A stretch of 64,000 nt of DNA from positions 7,254,001 through 7,318,000 of the forward strand of contig NC_043005.1 in assembly GCF_006345805.1 (NCBI RefSeq), read 5' to 3'. Below, one piece after another: positions 12,791 through 26,470 of the stretch. This DNA comes from Octopus sinensis. Taxonomy: Eukaryota. Below the pieces are notes generated by a model. The model worked only from the letters and a program-made list of their open reading frames with translations, did not search any database and was not told the DNA's origin. A program made the position numbers and the translations under genes. Every line of letters begins with the position of its first letter. Within the stretch, counting starts at the first letter, position 1.

Positions 12791-13494
12791 TCTGAAATCA
12801 CTAACAACTAATCTATGTTGCATTTTATTTTCTTTGCTAGGGAATATCTTTGCATTCACAAGCATCTGTCTATTTAAAAATTTGCTTGTTTTTTTTCAAG
12901 AATGTTGAGGGACCATATTGAAGCCTTGATCATTTCATATGGTTGTTCAGCAAACATTCACACATTTGGAAATAAGTGATTGAATTTAAAAATAGACAAC
13001 CTGTTGGTATGGAAGTGCCATAAATATTCTGAAAATTAAGATGGGTAGTAGGGTGTGAGGGTATCTTATTAAAATTGATATTTTGAAAAAAATTTTGTTC
13101 AGAGCTGTAATTTCCATATTTTTCCTCGTGAAATTGTGAAATTCCCAAAACATTTTCAAGAAAGTGAGAAACAAAACATTGTTGGGTGATGGAATGTCTG
13201 AAATTTTGAAAAGCTGTTTGGGGAGCAGATGTGTAATTTCCATTCGATTCTAAAGAAATTTTCGGAAAAGGAAAGGACAATGAAGGGTTGAATGCATATT
13301 TGATACATCCACAACCAAAATCTTTTAATTTTCAGTGCTTTATATTCAATAGTTACAGACCAGGACTACTTTCCATGGTTCTTATTGTTTACTCTATGTA
13401 TACATGTGTGTGTGTGTGTGTGTGTTTGCACATTTTATCTCTTTCACTCACTCACTCTATCTCTCTCTCTCCCTCCCCCCTCTCTCTCTCCCTA

Positions 13495-13828
13495 CATCAT
13501 CATCATCATCATCGTTTAATGTCCGTTCTCCATGCTAGCATGGGTTGGACGGTTCGACCGGGGATCTGGGAAGCCAGAAGGCTGCACCAGGCTCCAGTCT
13601 TATCTGGCAGTGTTTCTACAGCTGGATGCCCTTCCTAACGCCAACCACTCCGTGAGTGTAGTGGGTGCTTTTTACGTGCCACCTGCACAGGTACCAGGCG
13701 AGGCTGGCAACGGCCACGGTCGGATTGGTGCATTTTATGTGCCACCGGCACAGAAGCCAGTCAAGGCGGCACTGGCATTGGCCACGATTCGGATGGTGCT
13801 TTTTACGTGCCACTGGCACAGAAGCCAG
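13495..13828 (-). mobile_element. (GAT)n-tailed retroposon with internal ~60-bp repeats
   Basis: (CAT)n tail followed by cgtttaatgtccg...gctggatgcccttcctaacgcc; about three gtgccacc.gcacag units. Confidence 0.85.
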
Positions 13829-14196
13829 TATATATATATATATCATCATCATCATATAACAATTGCAGCATGGAAGACACATATTAGCCATTCAAAGACA
13901 TACAAAAACCATTAACTTCACTTAAAAACATTTATTATTATTTGGTGTCAAAATTTTCATCGCATCAACTGTGACCTGGTCACTGATGTGATTTCACTGT
14001 GTTTAGTTTGTTGTTGTGAAGTTGTTAGTTGGTATATATATAAGTTCCAGGTGTATAATTTTTTTCTTTGTTCTTATATCTGTTAGTTGTTCTGGTTGAC
14101 TCATCGTCTTTTATATATATATGTATGTATATGTACATGGGTGAATGGACAAATGAATTAAGTGTCACTCGACACATTTGGTAGGAGTTACAGCAC

Positions 14197-14503
14197 TTAA
14201 AAAACACCATCTGAGCGTGGCCGTCTACCAGCCTCGTCTGGCACCTGTGTAGGTGGCACATAAAAAACACCATCCGAGCATGACCGTCTGCCAGCCCTCG
14301 TCTGGCACCTGTGTCGGTGGCACATAAAATCACCCACTACACTCTCGGAGTGGTTGGCGTTAGGAAGGGCATCCAGCTGTAGAAACACTGCCAGATCTGA
14401 CTGGCCTGGTGCAGCCTTCGGGCTTGCCAGACCCCAGTTGAACCGTCCAACCCATGCTAGCATGGAAAGCGGACGTTAAACGATGATGATGATGATGATG
14501 ATG
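14197..14503 (+). mobile_element. (GAT)n-tailed retroposon
   Basis: Same family, ending ggacgttaaac(gat)n; inverted relative to 13495-13828. Confidence 0.85.
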
Positions 14504-15217
14504 AATTCATTCTTCAAAATGAACTCCATAATGTTCATTTATATGACGTATCATGTATACAAATCAGATTAACAATGAAGATAAACTCATTACATAATAT
14601 TGAATGTGTGTGTGTGAGTATTATTTAATAACAATTTAACTCAGCTCCATATGACTTAGTTTTGTGGGCTTGTAGGACAAACCCATCTCATCAGATATCT
14701 AAGGAGTCTTCTCTAGATATCTAAATGAGATGGGTACATCCTCCAACCCCAAGAAACTTTAAGTCATATGGAGCTGAGACAAATTGTTATTAAATAATAC
14801 ACACACACACACAGTATTATATAATGTGTTTATTTCCACTGTTAATCTGATATGTGTACATGATACATCATATAAATGGACATTATGGTGTTCATTTTGA
14901 AGAATGAATTATTAAAGTATTTAATGCAGTGCTATGTTATAGTGCAGTGTGTTTTGAAGTACCATTTCTTTTTAAACAATTTTATTTACATACATTTATA
15001 TGTTTCTGTTTCTGTTCACCGTTCTTGTTATGTTTATATGTGATACATCAACCCACATGTGTTTCAATGTCTATACAGCCCAAATACTTATGTGCAATTA
15101 TGTTGTTTGTATGTGTTTTAAAATTCTTGTTTATTTTCATGTATAAATATAACATCCCAAACACATAAACATATACTGAATGTCCATTAAAAGAAGGAAA
15201 TATACTTATTGGTATAT

Positions 15218-15426
15218 CATCATCATCATCATCATCATCATCGTTTAATGTCTGTTTTCCGCGCTAGCACGGGTTGGACAGTTCGACCGGGGTCTGGGAA
15301 GCCAGGGTCTGCTCCAGGCTCCAGTCTGATCTGGCAGAGTTTCTACGGCTGGATGCCCTTCCTAACGCCAACCACTCCGTGAGTGTAGTGGGTGCTTTTT
15401 ATGTGCCACCTGCACAGGTGCCAGGT
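15218..15426 (-). mobile_element. (GAT)n-tailed retroposon, 5'-truncated
   Basis: (CAT)n plus family body. Confidence 0.85.
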
Positions 15427-15508
15427 GGGGGGGGGGGGTCCAGCATCGTCCATGGTCAATGTGTGTATGTTTATATATATATATATATATTTATTTATGT
15501 ATTGTGTA

Positions 15509-15553
<45 letters not shown>

Positions 15554-15839
15554 GAATACAAAAAATGGGACAAGAATGCAAAACATCCAGACAGATGATA
15601 CAAAAGAGGTTCAAGAAAAAACATGGGCGGGTCATTTGAAGTTTTCTTTCCTCAGTCGAGTTCCAGATTATCTTTGCAATTTCAGCTGGTTATACTCGAG
15701 ACATATAGTGCCTTGCTTGGAAACTGGTGAAGGGTGGTTATAGGATGGGCATCTGGTGATAGACAATTTACCTCAACAAACTCAGTCCAAACCATGCAAA
15801 CATAAAAAAGTGGATAATAAAATGATGCCAATGGCCTGG

Positions 15840-16230
15840 CTCCCCATCAGTTACAACTAGTGTTCCAGTAAATATGGTCAACTGAACAGCCAACTCAGAA
15901 ATTAACATGTTAGCGGCCAAGCACTCCACAGATATGCATGCCCCTAACTTAGTTATTAGTGAGACTCACCATGACACAGAGTGTGGCTAAGTTGGCCCTT
16001 TGAATTACTGGTACAACTCATTTTTGCCAGCTGTGTGGACTGGAGCCATGGGAAATAAAGCGTCTTGTTCAAGAACACAATGTACCACCAGGGACCAAAC
16101 GCAGAACTTTATGATCATGAACCAAATACCAAATCTATCATTGGTCCAGGGCTATAACAGAAGACACTTACCCAGGACTTAACCTATGTGGTTGGGAAGC
16201 AAACTTCTTAACTACACAGCCACACTTGTG
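15840..16230 (-). mobile_element. Older CORE-like SINE remnant(s)
   Basis: gtggactggagc...aaataaag.gtcttgttcaagaacacaa is the reverse complement of a CORE-like ttgtgtccttgagcaagacactt segment. Confidence 0.6.
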
Positions 16231-16269
16231 TGTGTGCACGCGCACACATTGGTTTATAGTCACACATCC

Positions 16270-16305
<36 letters not shown>

Positions 16306-17576
16306 TATTTTGAAGCTGGAAATACCTGAGCAGCTACTTTGGTGTGAAAATTCTTTTCAGATTCTATATATTTACATATAAATGTGTACATATATATATG
16401 TGTGTGTGTGTACATATATATATCTGTATATATTCATGAGGCTTATATCTCCATGTGTGTGTGTGTGTGTATATATATATATAAAATGTGTATATTTATA
16501 TATACTCTCACGTATACATTTACATGTTACGAAGATTAGATCTACACAGTTAGGATATATACTCAGTGTATGTTCAGTATGTTTTTATATAGTTAATTTG
16601 CATATGTGTAAATTTGTGGGTGTATTTAATATTTAAGATTTCTATGTAATTATATTTTCATTCTTTTGTCATTGTCTCCCACTTTCAATTTTTTTAAATT
16701 TTTTTTTTTCATACATATCTAATTGCATGCATAATTTATTGTGGCAGATACAAAATTTATAAGAATTTTAGTATAATATATAGTACAGAATTTTAAGCAG
16801 ATTTGATTTGTGTTCCTTTTTTGTTTCTGTCTTTTTTTTTTTTTTTTTTTTTTTTTGTTGGGCAATGTTTCATTTAACTGTCAGAACAATTTCATCTGTA
16901 ATTTACAAGTCTTCATTGGACAGAACTTGTACATTATGGAAAATGGAAAGTTAATCATCCACAGTAATTATTGAATTTCATTTTCTTTAAGTTATCATAA
17001 TTGATTTAAATATTTCATTTTTAAGGATTAGTTAATTTTGCCCTTTGAAATATCAATATACTTATTAAAAGCAATTTGAAATTTGAAAACCTTACATCAA
17101 TTTTCCGAATTCCTTTAACCTGTAATTGAAACCTTGTTACAAGTAGACTGAAACTGTTTCAAGGGAGTATCTTTAAAAACTATATCGGAAATTGAACATT
17201 AACTTATATATTTAGTGATTGAGTTAAATGTGAATGCTGACCCATAGTACATATAAATAGAAACCAAAGTTAGTACCCACTGGTAGATCTCAGGGCATTA
17301 GTCACTATGTTATGAACACTTGAAAATTTATTCAGTGTTTAGTAGTTATATATTTTGTGAGTTTTATAGATTTGTTTGACTTTGGGTGCTTGATTACAAC
17401 TGTAGCTACCTGTAATTGTGATTTTAAGTCCTTTTCGTCTGACTCAGTCTTTGCGTGTGAGTGCCTTTTAATGTAATATTTCCTGTTAAAAAAAAAATTC
17501 TATTTATAAGTTCAGTTTAAGTAAATAATTTTATATTTAACATTGGTTTGAACAAAGAATTTTTGATATACTTTAA

Positions 17577-17796
17577 CTCTTTTGTTACCAACCCGGCTGA
17601 AACCGGCTCTGGCTCTGAGTACAAATGCCTTATTTTCATAAGTTTTGAATTAAAATCTTCCACCAAACCTTAGTCCCAATTTATGTTCCTAACACTAGCT
17701 TAAGGATAACTAAGTTATTTTACTAAATTCTCTCTTATATTTAAAGTAATTGAAAGAAACACAGAGCATCTCAAAATAAATACGATAACGAAAGGG
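17577..17796 (+). mobile_element. MITE family A
   Basis: TTAA at 17573-17576 and 17797-17800; 220 bp; gtaacgaaaggg-type terminus. Confidence 0.88.
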
Positions 17797-18321
17797 TTAA
17801 GGTGCTTTAATCATTGTCAGTTCTTAATGCTCTTCATTCATACTTAGTTGTGAACTTATCTTTACCAGGTATATATATATGTATATATTTCTAATACATG
17901 TGCTCATATATGTCCTTATATGTAGGTTTTCAGGGGTGGAAACAACTGTTCTGTTCAAATAGCTTCAACGTAAATTATATCAGAGAAATGTTAAAAAAAC
18001 AAAAAAGAAGTTTTAATTTTTGTTGCAAGGATAAAATACTAAATATCTGATATAGTGGTAGTTTTTGTTTTCCTCTTAAACATTATAAATCATACACAAT
18101 GTAGGGTAACCATGTCTTCTATAGCAAGACACATGCTCTTGTCCCTTTATCATACTTCTTAATATCCTCTTGAGATTTACTTGGTGCCAGTAACACACAA
18201 AAAAAAAACCCTATAAGGAAGGGCATCCAACTGTAGAAAAAATTTCAAATCTGACACTGGAGCTTGCTAGACCCTCTCAAACCATCCAATGCATTCCAGC
18301 ATAGAAAGCAGGCATTAAATA

Positions 18322-18555
18322 TATTTCTTTACTACCCACAAGGAGCTAAACACAGAGGGGACAAACAAGGACAGACAAACGGATTAAGTCGATTACATTG
18401 ACCCCAGTGAACTGGTACTTAATTTATCGACCCCAAAAGGATGAAAGGCGAATTCAACCTCGGCGGAATTTGAACTCAGAATGTAGCAGCAGACGAAATA
18501 CGGCTAGGCACTTTGCCCGGTGTGCTAACGTTTCTGCCAGCTCGCCGCCCTAAAT
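18322..18555 (-). mobile_element. SINE family 2
   Basis: Reverse complement of 8580-8806; 12-bp TSD aggcattaaata at 18310-18321 and 18556-18567. Confidence 0.9.
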
Positions 18556-19593
18556 AGGCATTAAATAGTGGTGGTGGCAACAGCTCCTCCTCCCTATTAA
18601 TCACTCATGTCATTTAGTGTATTTTCAAACCTTTTCCAGGTACCATTTTTCTGCAAATACATCTTTTAAAGCTTTCTACAACAATTTCTTCTACAATTTT
18701 TTTTCTGCAACTTGCCTCACTGTCAATTATAGTAATATTTCATGGTTGATTAGTCAGTTGCTGAAGCAGTATCCACAAGTAAAATCAACTACATCAAAAG
18801 AAGTCCTACAAATATTAACATAGAAAATTGCAGGCAAATTTTGAAAATATATTCCTCTGACTCGCATTGACATTTTTTTTTCTTTTCCTTGCAATACAAT
18901 CCTGCAGAATGGTACATGAAAGTATCAAAAATCCTTATCATGAATAGAAATTGGTTTCACGAAAGCCTAAGGATATGTTTATTTTATACATACATTGCAC
19001 ATGAAAATGATTGGAAAATATGCAGTTATAAAATATGGAATGAAATACATCATACTTCATTGATATTTTCACATCTCACATATTTTTTTTTCTTTTGAAG
19101 ACTATTGGTTTAAGTCAATTTAATTGTTTTTTAATCAATAAAAAGTAGTTCTGTAACCAACTTTTTTTTTTTATTTATTTAAATTTTTTTCCTGTACAAA
19201 ACCACTTCAAAAATTTTCATGGCCACTTCCAAGTCACCATTTCTAATGATTTTGAAATTAATTTTAACTTTTTTTTTTTGTAAATCCAGTACATGTAGGT
19301 GTGTGTATAAAATATAATGAAATTATTATATACAGTGCTCAGGTGCACCACAACTTGTCAAAAGTACGTATAGAGTATATGCAGTAATGTACAAATGTCT
19401 GGAAAGCGAACAGTGTATGTATATATAATTGTATGTGTGCGTGTGTGTGTATATATACACACACAAACACACACATCCATAAAGTCAGAAACAATGGAAG
19501 GTGAATATATATTTAACCACATGACTTTCATAAGATCTTGGCTGTTTCACAAACTTCTTCATGTAGTATTAATTTCAATATGGAAGAAGATAT

Positions 19594-20007
19594 TCTCTTT
19601 TACTTTCTTTTACTTGTTTCAGTCATTTGACTGCGGTCATGCTGGAGCACCGCCTTTAGTCAAGCAAATCGACCCCGGGACTTATTCTTTGTAAGCCCAG
19701 TACTTATTCTATCGGTCTTTTTTGCCGAACCGCTAAGTGACGGGGACGTAAACACACCAGCATCGGTTGTCAAGCAATGCTAGAGGGACAAACACAGACA
19801 CACAAACATATACATACACATACATACATATATATACATATATACGACAGGCTTCTTTCAGTTTCCGTCTACCAAATCCACTCACAAGGCATTGGTCGGC
19901 CCGAGGCTATAGCAGAAGACACTTGCCCAAGATGCCACGCAGTGGGACTGAACCCAGAACCATGTGGTTGGTAGGCAAGCTACTTACCACACAGCCACTC
20001 CTGTGCC
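19594..20007 (-). mobile_element. SINE family 1
   Basis: Full-length reverse copy followed by a short partial duplication at 20008-20044. Confidence 0.9.
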
Positions 20008-20628
20008 TGGTTGGCCTGAGGCTATAGCAGAAGACACTTGCCCATGTTTGGAATTAATACTAAATGGCTATAACCCTATGGAAGTCACGTGGCTAAATTG
20101 ATATCTATTCACCTCTCACACCTCCTGACTTTATGGTTTTATATACTCCTCATGAAATAATTTCATCAGTCAGATTTTCTGGTTTTCAGCTTCACAGACA
20201 CTCTACGTTACTCTTCTTTGTAATTGATTGCTATGTGGACTGATAACCAAGTCTGTAAGAGGAGTTTTCTATCATAGTCACATGATCCTCTGAATCATTT
20301 TATACTACTCACTTATATATATATATACAGGTTATGCTTAAAATTAAAGTTTAGATAGGAGATTTAAAATGTAGTATCCAAACCTTGTTTTGGGTATGTC
20401 CCTAGTTGTGTACCATCCTGCCACACACAGTAGCAAAATGTATTATAAGACTGTAACGTCTTATGTGACCTGGTGAGGTTCCTTCTGCACTGTGCGGTGC
20501 ATTTGATTCCACTATATCGTTTCCCACCCACTAGGGAGCAGTGCAGATTTAAGCCAGAATGATCATTGTGCTACATAAAGCCTGCAGTACACTCTGTCTT
20601 TCCTATCAATTATTTAAAATATATATAT

Positions 20629-22019
20629 TAGGGTGGCCCATTTTATAAGGGTGATTTTTACATTTCTTTATTTTTTTATATATCACCCCTGCAGATTATG
20701 AGGTTAGGTATAAAAATGTCCTTAGTGAATTTTTAGTATGATTGAACGATATTTGGTAGTGTCCACAAGGATGATATATTATGGTAATATATATGCTCAC
20801 ACACACATATATATATCAGCAAACATATATACGTGTACATTACTTGTTATGTATATATGCATATGGAGTATCTTTTCTACTGCTGAAGTAGTAGCAGATA
20901 CTACTAACATTGCACTGTGATCACTTCAGCCTATATTATTTGCTCATGAGTTTTTGATCTTTTACTGGGAGGAGTTTGGGATGATCTCATGGGATGATCT
21001 CGGTAGTGGCTCATCATTAGACTCACCACTGCTGTTATCACTGCTGCTTTCCAAAGTAACAACTGATTGCTCTTTCTTGCAAAAAACCTCTACGTCCCTT
21101 CTCTTCTTTTACCCGTTTGCATTTCCTCTGTTCCTCTGCAGCATAATTCCTGTCAATGGCACTCGTATAACCTCGCCTTACTTTTTCTCTCTGAGCATTT
21201 AGAAATAAACGATCTTCCTCATTTGATATCATTTTCATTGCATCAGCATGAGCAATGTCAAATAAGTCATCCAAGCAATCCTTGAATTTGGTTTCATTTG
21301 CAGTTTGATTTTGATTTCTTCTTGATTTTGTTTTTTTGAAGTGATCTATATTGTTCATTCGTTTTTTGAATCTTGGTAAGCACATGTTGTTTGTCCGTGA
21401 TTGGTATCTTAGCATTGTCCCAGATCTCATTTATTTCTGAATACACAATATCTGATGCTTCCTTCACTGTTTTCTTATCATGTGTGAGATAGAAAAGGCA
21501 CAGCAATACATCTCCAACTGATGGGAGTTTTTTTTTTATTACTAATCTTTTCAATCATGTATCCAATAAGCCAAATTTGTTTTTCACTTCTTTTCATTGA
21601 AACAGACATGTTTAATCAAAACATTACGGCAGTGGGGCACTGGACACATTTACACATGACAAAAGCTACAACAATACTGATTAGGGGGGAATACAGCCTA
21701 TGGGTATAGAGTGAAGTGTAGCCTTACACAAGTACACAAGTAGGGAGAGGAGGAGATCATTTGGAATATGTATGTGTGTGTCTGCTGCATTGTTCAGATA
21801 ATTTGGTCACTGCACTAACTATTTTATATATTGATAAATGGAATACTTTTACTATCTCTCGCTTACAAGTTATTTATTATATTAAGTTTTATTTCATGCT
21901 GGAAATGGAATACTGAATCACTTAGTGGCAACACTAAATACTATGGAATTATCTTCAAATTTCAGGCAGATGGCCTGAGAGTTCAACATCTCTCAAATTA
22001 TTTTTTTGGGGTCACCCTA
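20629..22019 (-). mobile_element. Internally deleted hAT-superfamily (hATm-like) DNA transposon
   Basis: TIRs tagggtggccc and gggtcacccta; candidate 8-bp TSD atatatat/acatacat; frameshifted minus-strand N-terminal transposase (LPSVGDVL...WDNAKIP...LDDLFDIAHADAM...EEDRLFL.AQRE). Subfamily name is from memory. Confidence 0.75.
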
Positions 22020-22046
22020 ACATACATAGATATATACGTATTATAT

Positions 22047-22483
22047 CATCATCATCATCATCATCGTTTAACATCCGCTTTCCATGCTAGCATGGGTTGG
22101 ACGGTTCAACTGGGGTCTGGCAAGCCCGAAGGCTGCACCAGGCCAGTCAGATCTGGCAGTGTTTCTACAGCTGGATGCCCTTCCTAACGCCAACCACTCC
22201 GAGAGTGTAGTGGGTGATTTTATGTGCCACCGACACAGGTGCCAGACGAGGCTGGCAGACGGCCACGCTCCGACCGTGGCCGTTGCCAGCCTCGTTTGGC
22301 ACGTAAAAAGCACCCACTACACTTATGGAGTGGTTGGCGTTAGGAAGGGCATTCAGCCGTAGAAACATTGCCAGATCAGACTGGGCCTGGTGCAGCCTTC
22401 GGGCTTCCCAGATCCCAGTTGAACCATCCAACCCATGCTAGCATGGAAAGCGGACACTAAACGATGATGATGATGATGATGAT
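22047..22483. mobile_element. Two (GAT)n-tailed retroposons fused head-to-head
   Basis: (CAT)n at the left, (GAT)n at the right; arms meet at ggccacg-ctccgac-cgtggcc (22261-22281). Confidence 0.9.
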
Positions 22484-22524
22484 ATATAAATTTTATATAT
22501 TTTTACAACAACAACAAACGTAAT

Positions 22525-23500
22525 GTGTGGAATCCAACCATCAAGGCTCAAAAAAAGAAAATACCCTACATTGAGGGATGGATTGCAACACACTCACATC
22601 CAATCCCTTTCTTTGTCCTAACTGAAACCCACCTAAACGACTGTCATTTAGTGGCTGAACTGAAAATCAGAGACTTCACTGCCATTCACGCTGATTGGGC
22701 AGGTAGAAGAAAGGGTGGAATTGCTATTTTCCTCCATGATTCCGTCAGCGCAGATACCAAGGACATTTTCTCCAGTGGCTACTGCAAATCAGTCTCTCTA
22801 CATAACAAGTGTAAAGACCTGTCTGTGATTGGGCTCTACAGACACCCACAAGCACCCTTAAACTATTTCCAAGAGTGCCTTGAGAAGATCAAATCATTCC
22901 TCCTGCAGTGTAACCCAGGAAATATTCTGCTGATGGGCAACTTTAACCTACACTCTGTAGACTGGTCCACTAATATTGTTTAGACCAGGAACCTTTATCT
23001 CAAGCTCAGACAAAACAGCAGTAGAGTTACTTTCTAAATTTATGGATAATTTTTTCCTCTCACAACTCGTCCATGAACCAACCAGAAATAACCAAAGTGT
23101 CTTGGACCTAGCAACCATGCTAACACTATTCATAACATTACTGTGGAAAGAACCCTCCTGTCTGATCGTGACATAGTACTCTGTTACCTCAATCTTCAAC
23201 ATCCTAAAATTTGCATAAATCACTAACTCCAGTGCAATCATTTGATAACATGAATTTACACAAGTCAAACTGGAGTGCAATCACTCAAGACTTATCACAA
23301 GTGGACTGGTCCTTCGCTCTTACTTCCTCCAATACCACAACAAACACAAACGCATGGCAACTATTTGAGGACACAGTCACCCACATGTGCTCAAACCACA
23401 CACCCTCACGATTCATAAACAACAGTAGATGCAGGATTCCAAAGCAGAGAAATTCGCTCACCAGGAGAATAAAAAGAATAGACTGAAAAATGAGTACCCT
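22525..23500 (+). mobile_element. CR1-like LINE ORF2 5' remnant (APE endonuclease)
   Basis: LTETHL, KGGIAIF, GLYRHP, LMGNFN, stop/frameshift, then QLVHEPTRNNQSVLDL, SDRDIV and NLHKSNWSAI. Confidence 0.88.
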
Positions 23501-25269
23501 AAATTACCACCATCACCATCACACCCGATCAAGTACATTAACAACCTTGGGATCAAGGAAGCAACAACTGCAGGACTGGAATTAAACGCAGCTGTTATTC
23601 AATTTTTTTTGCTTCCAACACATGTTTCGAAGATATCAATGTTATTATTCCAAAGGAATAAAATGGTGTAAAACAATGTAATCTTCTCTTCAAGAAAATG
23701 AAGAAATGAAACTCATTAATAAGACATTTTAACAGAAAATGATGGATATTTATAGTGATTAACTGAACACTATTAAGTCTGTTTCAAAAAAACTTTAGAG
23801 GATATAACGTCAAAGGTAGCCTATAGAAAGAGGAGAGGTAAAAAAACCAAATAAATGAGAAATATATAACTATATGTATATTAACTAAAACCATATAGAC
23901 TTGGAGAAAGGTATATTTTGTGAGTGTGAAATGTAAGAAGAAAATTAATGTTTAAATTATATATAATGATAGATATCACTTTTAGTGTTTAAATTATATA
24001 TAATGATAGATATCACTTATAAAGGTGTGTTTCTGCCAATGTTTACATTGGTATGCATGCTCTATAACCATGTTTACAAGGAGATTTTTAGAAAAAAGAA
24101 TAAAAAATAGTTCAGAATTACAGAGAAGACAGAATTCCTTGCCTTTGTCATAAGGTATCGAGATTGAGAGAATCAACCAATCTAAATTAAATTGTATATT
24201 GTAGTCTTTTAGCTACCAAATTAATTTACTAAGCCCTGTACTGTTACGGTTATTCCTATCCCTAAATGTAGAGTAATGATGAGAAATTCTTTTAGGCAAA
24301 TGAGAAGATGAGCTTCCTATATACAAAAATACTTCATTACCAGAAGTAATTTTACACTGGTATATAGAATTTTTAATTTTAGTGTTACTTCATATAAACT
24401 TGATTCTGTTGTAATTGACTTCAGATACAATAACCTTGTTATTAATATTTCTAAGGGGATGGATGGTATTAGCTAAATTAATGTTGTATTAGTAAATGTA
24501 CCAACATTTAACAGGTTAGTATTATATGAAGAGATTTTTTGTATTGGAAAAACCAATCCTAACTGTGTGAGAGTTGTTAATAGAGTAATACCTAGAATTC
24601 TGTGGAAAATTCCTTATAATAGCTTCTTGAAACTGCAAAGGAAAATTGGATTTAATTTGCCTCCCATAAGGAATAATTAACCAAACAGTTTTACTATTAG
24701 TTACCTTATTTTTAGTGTAACTATCTTTGAAAGACATAGATTTACCTTTAGAATGAAAATAGAGGATTAAATAAAGGTTATCTCCCTTCTGTTTGGTGTT
24801 GTCATATAAATTGGAATTGATATCATATCCTTACAGCTAAATTTCGTATCTCAATTAGTAAAGGTAGAATAAAATTGAATGGAATTAATGTAGGTAACTT
24901 TCTCTGTATAACCTGCTTCAAGTAAGGAAGAGTTATAAAATTCTGCTAATGTTGACATTTTCAATGTAAGGCCGAATTTTTATATATATAAAAATGATAA
25001 GGCCAAATATATGTGTGTGTGTGTGTGGAGGAATGACAAAGGGAGATAATCACTGGGGTTTTTTTTCCCTTAAACACGAGGCTTTTTCTCCTCCATATTT
25101 TAAAGAGGTCTCAGGCCAGCAGTGTTTGTGATCTGTAGATACGCTGTAAGTCTGAACCCCTTATGAGCAAAAAACTCAGGGTAACCCCTTAAACCCCACT
25201 ATAATATTAACTGCTCTACTGAGATTGTGCTTCTCCTCTGGATTTATGTATTTCTACAAATGATCCTAC

Positions 25270-25302
<33 letters not shown>

Positions 25303-26089
25303 AGTATGGTGGTGTAAACAAGAAAAATAAAACTTAAAATATGAGTATATGTACAGTTTTGTTAATATTTATCAGAAGCACGGAGTGACTCAAGGTCCTA
25401 GAGTTTCATTCATTGGCATTTATCAATTACAATGATAAGTATCATCACACAAAACTCTCAGACCTTGAGTCATTCTGTTGCTTCTTCTAAATATTTATAA
25501 ATATATATATATAATTGTTTATGGTACAAAGACATGAAGATGAGAAAAAAAGACTATTAATACAAAATATATATATGTATATGTGTGTGTGTGTATATAT
25601 ATGCTCGCGCACACACACACAACACACATATAATATATAAATCTGCCTCAACAAATTGTTTCTGACATATGGAAGCATAGGATAGTGGATGTTAAAATGA
25701 AAATATGTATGTTTTCAGATGCATATTTTGATGCATATTTTGTGAAGACATTCTCTCCAAAAGAGCTTTTTGGAAACTAAACATTATTATCATCTACACA
25801 TCTATCTTGCCTGTCGCTAGTGCACAATTTTCTTGTTGATGTCTGTCAATGATGTTTGCTTACAGTGAATTTTTATCTTTAGCAAATGTTGTAATCCTTG
25901 GATACAGACTCCCACTATGCACTTATGCATATACTTATATACACATATATAGATGTATCTATATGTGTGTGTATGCACGCAGGTTCTTTTTAAACAGACT
26001 GTCACTTTCCGATCATTTTTTTTAAACAAATTATCCTATTAGAATACTATATAAAATACTAATGATATGAGATGACATTTAATCTGAAA

Positions 26090-26470
26090 TATGCAGACAT
26101 GGTTATGTGATGGAGAAACTTGCTTCCCAACCTTGTGGTCTTAGGTTCAATCCCACTGTGTGGCATCATGGGTGTTTTCTGATATAGCCCTGGACTGAGC
26201 AAAACCTTGTGATTGGATTTGGTATATGGAAACTGAAAGAAGCCCATCATGTATGTATGTATATATCTACATGTGTATATTTGTGTTTGTGTTAGGTTTG
26301 CCCCAGCACCACCACTTGACTACTGATGTTGGTTTTTCTGTGTACCTGTAACATAGTGGTTCAGTAAAAAGAGACTATCAGAATAAGTACTGTGGTTAAT
26401 TTGTTTGATTAAACCCTTTGAGGTTTTGCCCCAGCATGTCCACAGTTAAATGACTGAAACAAGTTAAAGT
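26090..26470 (+). mobile_element. SINE family 1, older copy
   Basis: ggttcaatcccactg, gaaactgaaagaagccc and gactgaaacaag motifs. Confidence 0.75.

Noticed and set aside
16885-16974. Short open frame after a strong poly-T and AG (NNFICNLQVFIGQNLY...)
   Set aside because: No GT donor and no recognisable homology.
24380-24900. Faint L1/Tx1-like RT similarity (RGLNKG...SLLFGVVI)
   Set aside because: Too degenerate to support by eye.
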